A DNA stretch of 45,477 nucleotides from a virus: the IMG/VR virus record IMGVR_UViG_3300045988_117871; one strand, written 5' to 3'. Positions 1 to 6,859 of the stretch are shown here, in pieces. The notes beneath the pieces were generated by a model. It saw nothing but the letters and a program-made list of their open reading frames with translations. It did not search any database and had not been told where the DNA came from. Position numbers and translations under genes: made by a program. The stretch's first letter is position 1. Each line of letters opens with the position of its first letter.

Positions 1-45
1 CCTCCGGAGCCGTGTGCGGTGGTTCGATTCCACTCGGGCGTACCA
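1..45 (+). tRNA. 3' portion of a tRNA gene (T-arm, acceptor 3' strand, encoded CCA); the 5' part lies upstream of the window
   Basis: T-arm GGTGG-TTCGATT-CCACT at 18-34, 7-nt acceptor strand CGGGCGT, discriminator A, CCA at 43-45. The 17 nt before the T-arm suggest a long variable arm (class II tRNA). The isotype cannot be called. Confidence 0.7.
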
Positions 46-47
46 AT
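1..47 (+). repeat. attL core (47-bp perfect direct repeat with 45431-45477)
   Basis: Identical 47-mer at both window ends; integrase gene next to the right copy. Confidence 0.9.
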
Positions 48-55
48 AAAAAAGT

Positions 56-98
56 ACCGTCAAAGCCTAGTTTTCAAGGGCTTTGACGGTTTTTGTTT
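56..98 (+). terminator. Rho-independent terminator downstream of the tRNA 3' end
   Basis: 12-bp stem ACCGTCAAAGCC (56-67) / GGCTTTGACGGT (79-90), followed by TTTTGTTTTATTTT. Confidence 0.8.
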
Positions 99-131
99 TA
101 TTTTAGAATTATTTTCCAACACGTCGTAAGA

Positions 132-182
132 GGTCGCAAAATGGTAGTAAAAAGTACTAAAGTGCGACCAAAACTGCGACCA
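132..182. promoter_or_regulatory. Candidate integrase arm-type binding sites (P' arm): TGCGACC x2 direct plus one inverted copy
   Basis: GGTCGCA at 132-138; TGCGACC at 163-169 and 175-181. The 22-mer AGTGCGACCAAAACTGCGACCA (161-182) recurs exactly at 45360-45381. Confidence 0.5.
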
Positions 183-193
183 CTTTTGACATA

Positions 194-649
194 TTAATGA
201 TGATGTTTCCCAGCTCTCCACAGATAAAAAACTTTACCTGCTCCGGCATCAGGATCATTTATATACGCTTTGGCAAATTTAACATACTGAGCAACATCTT
301 CTCCCCATAGGTGAGAATAATCGCTATGCAGCATATTCATTAAATAATACCAGTCGTACTTATTGGCATGTACACCGTTCTGATCCATTACACGGGTCGT
401 TTCTTCTAATGTCCAATGTTCACCGATAGTACCGTCAACATTTTTCATCTCTGATACGGCCTTTTTAGCAAGATGTTCATCGAAGTGAGGCCCATGAGCT
501 ACGCAATGGATTTTCATCATTACAGCCTCATAATCATCCTCATCGTGTGCTTTAAGTTTTTCCAAAGCGCCACAGATGATACAATCAATTTCATCTTCCT
601 TTATTTCATCGCCGTCTACGATGTCAATATAATCTTCGTACTTATGCAT
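194..649 (-). CDS. Hypothetical protein (last gene of the attL-proximal cargo operon)
   Basis: 151-aa ORF with ATG at 649 and an 8-nt overlap with the upstream gene. Acidic N-terminus, ends KHHH. No family assignable by eye. Confidence 0.75.
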   Translation of the reverse strand: MHKYEDYIDIVDGDEIKEDEIDCIICGALEKLKAHDEDDYEAVMMKIHCVAHGPHFDEHLAKKAVSEMKNVDGTIGEHWTLEETTRVMDQNGVHANKYDWYYLMNMLHSDYSHLWGEDVAQYVKFAKAYINDPDAGAGKVFYLWRAGKHHH

Positions 650-1049
650 CCTTGCTCACCGCCTTCTTGCTTTCTGCTGCAGCAGTAGGCGTAGCAGGTA
701 CAGGCAGGCTTGCCACTGTACCGCAGTTACAAGTGCAAATGTAGCCGCCGACAAGAATAAATGATCCAGTATCTGCTGCTACTTTAAGCACATAATTCCT
801 GCGGGTCCTGATTTGGTTTGCGTACAAATGGTGTCCACATCTGCGTAATATAGGATGCTGCGTAGAACCTGAGCCAATCACTAACACTACCGGCATTAAA
901 TTAGTTGCTGTAGCTGGAATATCCTGTGCTATCCGGATAACATAATTCTCGCAGTTAACGTAAGTTCCTTCTGGAATAGTAAGTACCAGATTATCACCGC
1001 TTACTGCTACGGCCGTAGTCAATATAGTTCTGCAATTACAAGTTGCCAT
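642..1049 (-). CDS. Cysteine-rich hypothetical protein
   Basis: 135-aa ORF with SD AAGGAG upstream. Cys clusters at both ends of the folded part (MATCNC..., ...CTCNCG) and an Ala/Thr/Pro-rich tail. Confidence 0.75.
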   Translation of the reverse strand: MATCNCRTILTTAVAVSGDNLVLTIPEGTYVNCENYVIRIAQDIPATATNLMPVVLVIGSGSTQHPILRRCGHHLYANQIRTRRNYVLKVAADTGSFILVGGYICTCNCGTVASLPVPATPTAAAESKKAVSKDA

Positions 1050-1124
1050 TTATAATTCATCTCCTTAAATTAAAACAGGGAAGCGTGACAGCTCCCCTGT
1101 TTCTTAGTCACGCTTTAAGCGGAA

Positions 1125-1793
1125 TTAGACGGTGCCACAACCGCCACAGCCATAAACACCGGCTGCAGACTGATACGGGCTGCAAGTGATGTAAGCGGGC
1201 TGAGGGAATGGACGTACCGCATTAATGATGGTAGAAGTCTGAGATAAGGTACCAAGTTGTAGCTGAGCAGCTTGCAATTGGTCACGAAGTTCCTGCATTA
1301 CATTTGCTGTCATCAAAGCACGAGTTGCTTCTGCTTCTGCATGAATCGCAGTAGTGATTTCACAAGTGTTCTTGTAGTTTTCTGCACGAACAGCATCAAT
1401 GTTACGATTAGTTTCGCAGCAGCATTGCTGTGCAGCAAAGCGACTTTCTGCAATTGCATTGTTAGTCTGGTTGAACCCTTGACACATGCCCATTTGCAAA
1501 GCGCCAGTGGATTGGCAAATATCCCTTTGGATACCGAATCCCTGATTTGCTAATTGGGTAAATCCTTGATTCATCGTGTTATTCAAGTTGGTGTACAAAA
1601 ATTCATTCGTCAAGGTGTTTACTGCGCCATTAGCGCCACCGCCAAAACCACCGAATCCACCGCCGCCCCAGGCAAGCAGGAAGAATAACATTACTACCCA
1701 CATCCAGCCGCCGCCAAAACCTGCGCCGTCTGCTGCTGTGGTACGGTTATTCAAATCGTATACAGGCATTACGCCCGAACCTTCCATAGTCAT
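1125..1793 (-). CDS. Glycine/cysteine-rich membrane-anchored hypothetical protein
   Basis: The ORF-track start at 1802 has SD AAAGGAG abutting the ATG; the ATG at 1793 has 9-nt spacing. Gly-rich hydrophobic segment GFGGGWMWVVMLFFLLAWGGGGFGGFGGG, a CCC motif and C-terminal YGCGGCG. Confidence 0.75.
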   Translation of the reverse strand: MTMEGSGVMPVYDLNNRTTAADGAGFGGGWMWVVMLFFLLAWGGGGFGGFGGGANGAVNTLTNEFLYTNLNNTMNQGFTQLANQGFGIQRDICQSTGALQMGMCQGFNQTNNAIAESRFAAQQCCCETNRNIDAVRAENYKNTCEITTAIHAEAEATRALMTANVMQELRDQLQAAQLQLGTLSQTSTIINAVRPFPQPAYITCSPYQSAAGVYGCGGCGTV

Positions 1794-1844
1794 ATAGAAC
1801 ATCTCCTTTAGATTTATTGTTTAAAATCCTTTGGTGGCCACCGA

Positions 1845-2084
1845 TTAGATTTTAATACCGAATTGCGACAAAAGCTGTTGAGCCTGTTGCGGATCAATAC
1901 CACGTTGTTTTGCAATATTCATCACAGTTTCTTTTAACTGTTCAGGAGACTTACCTCGCGCCATTTCCATTGCGCGCCCAAACAGGGGGTTGCTCCCCAA
2001 CATTTTCTGCATCGCTTCCATCGGGTTTGGATTGCTGCGAAGCTGATTGAAGATTTGTATCATTGTGAATAGGTTCATTTGCAT
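1845..2084 (-). CDS. Small helical hypothetical protein
   Basis: 79-aa ORF. Strong SD AAGGGGG lies 9 nt before the ATG at 2084, with in-frame stops just upstream. It overlaps the tail of the 1951..2493 ORF. Confidence 0.7.
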   Translation of the reverse strand: MQMNLFTMIQIFNQLRSNPNPMEAMQKMLGSNPLFGRAMEMARGKSPEQLKETVMNIAKQRGIDPQQAQQLLSQFGIKI

Positions 2085-2493
2085 TTATTGTTTCCCCCTT
2101 CATATATCGTTCCAAAGAATTAACTTTTTGCTGCAGTTCTTCTACAGTCTCAGCATCAGCATATCTTTTAGGAGCCGGTTCTTTTTCCTGCGACAATTTA
2201 TAATTTTGTATTACCGGCATACCATTCATATCAATATACTTTGCATATATGCAGCTGTCTGCTGGGCAAGGGAAATATGTAAGGCTTCCATCTAAATCAA
2301 TTTGGGCAGCCTTAACCTCATCTAAGCTTGCAACTGTACGCCCTTTCATCATCAGGGGCATAGGCGGTTGTGGAACAAATTGCTGTTGTTGATACGCCGG
2401 CATCTGCGGCATTTGAGCTTGATAATTATTTAAACGTTGCTGCGTTACTCCCATCATTGCTGGATTAACAGGAGCATAAGGATTTACATACAT
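1951..2493 (-). CDS. Gln/Pro-rich hypothetical protein; 3' end uncertain (G5 run at 2094-2098)
   Basis: 180-aa ORF with SD GGAGG 8 nt before the ATG at 2493. The last ~45 codons overlap the next gene in another frame. Confidence 0.7.
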   Translation of the reverse strand: MYVNPYAPVNPAMMGVTQQRLNNYQAQMPQMPAYQQQQFVPQPPMPLMMKGRTVASLDEVKAAQIDLDGSLTYFPCPADSCIYAKYIDMNGMPVIQNYKLSQEKEPAPKRYADAETVEELQQKVNSLERYMKGETINANEPIHNDTNLQSASQQSKPDGSDAENVGEQPPVWARNGNGAR

Positions 2494-2582
2494 TGCTATC
2501 GCCTCCGTTTCTTACTTATATTGTCGCCTAAATCAGCTCTTATAATCCGTAAACATTCCCTCATAATTCCCTAATATGGGCA

Positions 2583-2621
2583 TAAAAAATAAGGCAGCCA
2601 CAACTATTATGTGACTGCCTT
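2583..2621 (-). terminator. Rho-independent terminator ending the lysis/regulator transcript
   Basis: Minus-strand hairpin AAGGCAGTCAC...GTGGCTGCCTT (2591-2621, one mismatch), followed by ATTTTTTATG. Confidence 0.65.
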
Positions 2622-2849
2622 TAATGCTCTCTTAACTGAATTATACGCCTGCTGCAGATCTCTTTCGACCGTTTGCACTGACGTATCTATTTTCATCGCT
2701 ATTTGATAGTTTTTAAGATCGTGAATAAACTTGAGTTCTATAATTTCTATTTGCCGCGGCGTTAGTTTGGCTTCTGAAATAATTGCTTCAAATTCCTTTC
2801 GTGTGGACTGCGAAAGCCAATCTCTTGCCTGCAAACGGCAAGTATCCAT
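2607..2849 (-). CDS. Small sigma-70 region-4 / LuxR-like HTH regulator
   Basis: 80 aa. LTPRQIEIIELKFIHDLKNYQIAMKIDTSVQTVERDL reads as a region-4-type helix-turn-helix. Confidence 0.7.
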   Translation of the reverse strand: MDTCRLQARDWLSQSTRKEFEAIISEAKLTPRQIEIIELKFIHDLKNYQIAMKIDTSVQTVERDLQQAYNSVKRALKAVT

Positions 2850-2853
2850 ATAA

Positions 2854-3315
2854 TCACCTGCTCGCTGCTATTGTTCCAACTAATGCCCCTCCTATAAATC
2901 CCCAAAAGGCCTTCTGTTTTTGTTTCAATTCACTTTTGGATTGTTCTTTCTTTATTTGCTCGCTCAATATCTCTAAGGATTTGTTTTGCTCTGCTATTAT
3001 TTTTTTGGAGTTCGACAATGATTCCTGCGCACTCGTTAGCTCGCTCCTTATCTTCTGATAAGATAAACGCTGCTCTTCGATTAGCTTCTTCAGCTCGTTC
3101 GAGTTCATCTGCTGCAGTTCCAACGTGTTCGATAGCCCTATCAACAGATTTTCCTGTCTGTTTATTATCGTCTGCAATTCCTTGAACTGTTCCCTGGACA
3201 TCGTTATTGTTTCCGGAAGTTCCTCCGCAAAACAATTTAAAGAAAATGATAAGCACAGCAATAAGGGCAAAACTAATAATAAGATACTTGCTATACCTGA
3301 TTTGTTTTTCTTCAT
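2854..3315 (-). CDS. Signal-peptide / coiled-coil / C-terminal TM protein (spanin-like candidate); frame B of an overlapping pair
   Basis: ATG at 3315 lies 10 nt after GAAGGG. N-terminal signal-like MKKNKSGIASILLLVLPLLLCLSFSLNCFA, heptad-rich middle, unique C-terminal AFWGFIGGALVGTIAASR. The stop is embedded in the SD of the next gene. Codon third positions are G-rich, which is off-frame-like. Confidence 0.5.
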   Translation of the reverse strand: MKKNKSGIASILLLVLPLLLCLSFSLNCFAEELPETITMSREQFKELQTIINRQENLLIGLSNTLELQQMNSNELKKLIEEQRLSYQKIRSELTSAQESLSNSKKIIAEQNKSLEILSEQIKKEQSKSELKQKQKAFWGFIGGALVGTIAASR

Positions 3316-3337
3316 TCACTTTCTGCCCTTCTTTCAA
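2930..3337 (-). CDS. N-terminal TM anchor + coiled-coil protein (i-spanin-like candidate); frame A of an overlapping pair
   Basis: TTG at 3337, or more likely GTG at 3319 (6 nt after GAAGGG). TM segment YLIISFALIAVLIIFFKLF followed by a charged helical domain. A/T-ending codon usage resembles the well-supported genes of this phage. Confidence 0.55.
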   Translation of the reverse strand: MKEGQKVNEEKQIRYSKYLIISFALIAVLIIFFKLFCGGTSGNNNDVQGTVQGIADDNKQTGKSVDRAIEHVGTAADELERAEEANRRAAFILSEDKERANECAGIIVELQKNNSRAKQILRDIERANKERTIQK

Positions 3338-3480
3338 TTTAAATTCTATTTCATTATCATTAAGATAGTTCTATTTTCAATATAATCAACCTGTGCGCCG
3401 TTTTCTATACTCCTACTTATATTTCCTAGTGTTTTGGAGATAAAACAACGCACAGGCTAATTCTGCGGCTGGGTTTTATC

Positions 3481-3561
3481 TTATAGATTATAATAAGTAA
3501 TGCACCCTACCAAAATCGCAAGAGCAATACCAGCCCAAATCAAAATACGCTGTTTTTCCAT
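3481..3561 (-). CDS. Tiny putative lipoprotein (26 codons)
   Basis: Below the ORF-track cutoff. SD GGAGGTGA lies 5 nt before the ATG at 3561. Sequence MEKQRILIWAGIALAILVGCITYYNL carries lipobox L-V-G-C. It follows the amidase gene directly. Confidence 0.35.
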   Translation of the reverse strand: MEKQRILIWAGIALAILVGCITYYNL

Positions 3562-3585
3562 ATTAGTCACCTCCTTATACAATCT

Positions 3586-4125
3586 TTACCAATTATGATG
3601 CCACCAGATCGCCTTACCACGAATAACATCACCGCCGGGTTTCAGTTCTCCGTCGCCTGGCACATCTGGTAATTTCCACAAGTCCCAGCGTTCAAAAGTA
3701 GTTGCCGGGCCGTAGTCGTCTAAGTCTGCAGCTTCTGCATGTGTCATTACGGTATCGGCATTAATGTCCAATCCAAGCTCCTCACACAGTACAGCTACAA
3801 CTTTTGCCATACTATCTATCTGCAACTCTGTCGGTGGCACGTTACCAAAGTCGATATGCCCATCAGCATAGGCTACAGCATCTACGCAGCACGCTAAAGC
3901 GATACCTACAGCCCCTGTATTACGCCGCCATGTATGAGCCTTATATTCAGTTAAATCATCGGTTGTCGCCATTATGGCGCCGTCGCTATCAATGTTTAAA
4001 TGATAATCACTGAAAAACTGGTGATAATTACCAGCTGACCAGTGTAGATAGATTTTATCAATATTACCTTTACCCCTTACTGCTAACTGCCGCAGCTCAT
4101 CTAAAGTGATTCTTTTCGTCACCAT
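3586..4125 (-). CDS. N-acetylmuramoyl-L-alanine amidase (Amidase_2/PGRP-type endolysin)
   Basis: IYLHWSAGNY...AHTWRRNTGAVGIALAC pattern. The ATG at 4125 has SD AGGAGG at 9 nt; the track start at 4161 lacks an SD. Confidence 0.8.
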   Translation of the reverse strand: MVTKRITLDELRQLAVRGKGNIDKIYLHWSAGNYHQFFSDYHLNIDSDGAIMATTDDLTEYKAHTWRRNTGAVGIALACCVDAVAYADGHIDFGNVPPTELQIDSMAKVVAVLCEELGLDINADTVMTHAEAADLDDYGPATTFERWDLWKLPDVPGDGELKPGGDVIRGKAIWWHHNW

Positions 4126-4438
4126 TGTTTTCTGCCTCCTGTTCAAACTTGTCAGGGACACCGTCCCCGTCTTTATCTACTAAACTTGTAGCTATAAAGG
4201 TCACAAATGCAACCATAGCCGGACCTGTGATCTCACGTATCAACGCCAGCAGGTCAGACATAATAATCTTATCCAACCACAACCACATATACATCCACGC
4301 AGCGTAATAGGTTAGTACCAGTAAAACGACTGCAATAAAATAGCCTACAATGACAGCCATTATTTTTGGCGACATTGAGGCTACTTTATTTCTGGCACTC
4401 ACTATTAAGTTTTTTATTTTCTCAAGCATAAATATCAC
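4097..4438 (-). CDS. Holin-like multi-TM protein with acidic C-terminal tail
   Basis: 113 aa with at least two hydrophobic helices. It lies between the XhlA-like and amidase genes. The start is ambiguous (GTG 4438 or ATG 4429). Confidence 0.6.
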   Translation of the reverse strand: MIFMLEKIKNLIVSARNKVASMSPKIMAVIVGYFIAVVLLVLTYYAAWMYMWLWLDKIIMSDLLALIREITGPAMVAFVTFIATSLVDKDGDGVPDKFEQEAENNGDEKNHFR

Positions 4439-4454
4439 TTATCCCTTTGATTAT

Positions 4455-4700
4455 TCACTTTATAACTACACCATAAACAGCTACCGCTAATGTCGCCAAC
4501 CAAGCCAGTAAACTTACGTTTCCGCGGATGCAACCGCTTTGACATTCTAAGTTTGTTATACGCTCCTCGTGATCGGCAATTGTTTTTTCTTGCTGATCAC
4601 ATTGTCTATTTTTCGCCTCACCCAAGACAACGAGCCTAGTTATCTCCTGACCCATTTGATCTAACCGTTCAAAAATTCTTCTAGTATCTCCTTCTGCCAT
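4455..4700 (-). CDS. xhlA: XhlA-like (haemolysin XhlA family) lysis-associated membrane protein
   Basis: 81 aa with a coiled coil containing DHEERITNLE, then the C-terminal TM LLAWLATLAVAVYGVVI. This is the typical XhlA layout and position. Confidence 0.6.
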   Translation of the reverse strand: MAEGDTRRIFERLDQMGQEITRLVVLGEAKNRQCDQQEKTIADHEERITNLECQSGCIRGNVSLLAWLATLAVAVYGVVIK

Positions 4701-4713
4701 ATCAACGCACCGC

Positions 4714-5367
4714 CTAATTTAATATAATAGCGTCCAAATCCTCTTTGCTTAATGCTGCGGCTACCTCTGCCTGCTTGCTCCAACCTTGCTGTTTGCAAGC
4801 GCCCACGTGGGACGATAAGTCAGCACACCATGTATATACCTGCGAAGCGTTAAGATACTGTATTGTTTTAACAGTTTCACCATCTTTATACCCCCGTACC
4901 GGACAGCCGTCAGGATATTCATTTTTAAAGCGTTCAGTGCTTACGTTCAGCGCAATCCCCTGCATCGTAATCTGCGTGTCCTTATCGCTATCATATCTTA
5001 CTATCTCACCAGTGCATTCAGATATAAAACCGCCTGCGATTTTTCTTTCAGTCCAAGCGTCTACCTCTGACAGCTTGATAGCTTTAAGTTCATCAAACGT
5101 AAGAGCTATATATTCACGTGCTGCTTTTTTAGCAATCAATTCATCAATACTTTTTAAAATATCTTCACAAATTTCATTTGGGTATTGTTGGAATGCTACT
5201 CCATTAAGCCAGCAACTCTCCGTTCCACAATTATAGTCAATAGACTTATACTCTATTTCTTTGCCATAATCAACAAAGAAATTATTTATTGTATCCATAT
5301 ACACTTTTTCTTGTGCTTGTACAATAACTTTATCGTTATTCGTATCTAAAATAATTATATTTTGCAT
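4714..5367 (-). CDS. Hypothetical protein, possibly a tail-fibre assembly/accessory protein (DUF4376-like by recall)
   Basis: 217-aa ORF directly downstream of the distal fibre gene. Confidence 0.7.
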   Translation of the reverse strand: MQNIIILDTNNDKVIVQAQEKVYMDTINNFFVDYGKEIEYKSIDYNCGTESCWLNGVAFQQYPNEICEDILKSIDELIAKKAAREYIALTFDELKAIKLSEVDAWTERKIAGGFISECTGEIVRYDSDKDTQITMQGIALNVSTERFKNEYPDGCPVRGYKDGETVKTIQYLNASQVYTWCADLSSHVGACKQQGWSKQAEVAAALSKEDLDAIILN

Positions 5368-5378
5368 TTTTATTCTCC

Positions 5379-5903
5379 TTACTCAATTCTTTCCCAACAG
5401 TAATATGTTACATATGGCGGCATATTATTATGCTCCGCACTACCACCAGTATTATCAATACTAATATCTGAAGCAAACGAAGAATTTAAATTAAAAGTAG
5501 TAATAGAACCGCTCCAATCTGTATTTCCACAATAAGCATTACTTGTATTGGTGTGGCTAAAAGCTCCACTACTATTAACATTTTGAAGTCTCCCAACAGT
5601 TATAGAACCACTCACGGTAGATGAAGTGGCACTAGCAGAATGCTTGTGCATTGGAATTTGATCAATCTCTAATGTAACATTTGCTTCACCTCCGTTACTC
5701 CCTGCTTGATAAGTATCTCCTGCAGCTAAAATAAATTTATCTTTTATCTGTGTCCACGTACCACCAAACAGAGTTCCTGGATCAGTAGGTTGCGAACTCC
5801 AATAAAGCGCTCCTACAGGATATGGATTTGGCGGCAAATCGTCATAAAGAGCATTGATTGCTGCTCTTATTTTTTCAACTGTTATTAGCCCAGTAAGCTT
5901 CAT
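5379..5903 (-). CDS. Tail-collar-domain fibre protein (distal receptor-binding candidate)
   Basis: YPVGALYWSSQPTDPGTLFGGTWTQI ... LEIDQIPMHKH matches the phage tail collar domain pattern. Confidence 0.75.
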   Translation of the reverse strand: MKLTGLITVEKIRAAINALYDDLPPNPYPVGALYWSSQPTDPGTLFGGTWTQIKDKFILAAGDTYQAGSNGGEANVTLEIDQIPMHKHSASATSSTVSGSITVGRLQNVNSSGAFSHTNTSNAYCGNTDWSGSITTFNLNSSFASDISIDNTGGSAEHNNMPPYVTYYCWERIE

Positions 5904-5914
5904 TTTTCCTCACC

Positions 5915-6859
5915 TCAAATCGTCAGAACAAAGCCGGCAAACTTCTCCGTACTTTGGATTATGATATTACTGCCACTTTCAACTACGTCTACCATAACAC
6001 TCTCATAGGTACTGCCATTAGTACGATACATACCAAGGAAGTGTTTTCCTGAAGCTGCTAAGGTAAATGGATAGTAGCCGTTTGATAATGTTCCCCAGTT
6101 GGCGCTACTTGCTGTAAATTCAGTTTTGGTTACTGACGCAGCACCGGTAACAGCTTCTGTAACTTCATCTTTTGTAGCATAAGTAGATGTGATGACATTG
6201 CCACTAGCATCTTGAGTTGCTTTAGTAGCACTGGTCGCATTAGCTACATTATTTATCGTAATAGTGGTAGTTGTACCGCCTGTATTTACGGATAACTGAT
6301 TGGCAGTGCTTCCAGCTGTTACAGACCTTACACCTGTGTTATTAATGGCATTGCTAGATATACTTATACCTGTGCCTGCTGTATAAGTAGTATCCGTAAA
6401 TACAGCATTAGCCGGTACTGTTTTGTTAAGGCTATAAGTACAAGCTTTAGGAACACCACCATCAAAATATACAGGCTGTGTTGTACTGCCGGCAGAAGTT
6501 GTTAGTTTAGCGGCAGCAGCTGCAGTTTCAGTTTTACCGAGTTTACCTGCTATAGCTTCATTCATAGCTGCCGCACCCGTTTTATCTTCTGCAATGTAAT
6601 CGGCAATTTCTTTTAACGTATCGTAAGTATCAGGCGCTCCGTCAATCAGCTCATCTTTTACTGCCGACTTTGCAGCCTCAATAGCACTATTCATATCAGC
6701 AGTCTTTGCATAACTCGCAGCTGCTACGCCACCTAATTTACTACTGTCAGCGGCAGTTTCGGTCTTACCGAGCTTGCCGGTATCCAACGCTTCAAAATTA
6801 GCATTAATCTTAGCGTCTCTCTCTGCTAAAGTTCCGGTGACAATTTTTTCTACACTCAT
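5915..6859 (-). CDS. Tail fibre protein
   Basis: 314 aa with a repeated GKLGKTETAA motif and a Thr/Ala/Ser-rich shaft. ATGA overlap with the upstream gene. Confidence 0.75.
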   Translation of the reverse strand: MSVEKIVTGTLAERDAKINANFEALDTGKLGKTETAADSSKLGGVAAASYAKTADMNSAIEAAKSAVKDELIDGAPDTYDTLKEIADYIAEDKTGAAAMNEAIAGKLGKTETAAAAAKLTTSAGSTTQPVYFDGGVPKACTYSLNKTVPANAVFTDTTYTAGTGISISSNAINNTGVRSVTAGSTANQLSVNTGGTTTTITINNVANATSATKATQDASGNVITSTYATKDEVTEAVTGAASVTKTEFTASSANWGTLSNGYYPFTLAASGKHFLGMYRTNGSTYESVMVDVVESGSNIIIQSTEKFAGFVLTI

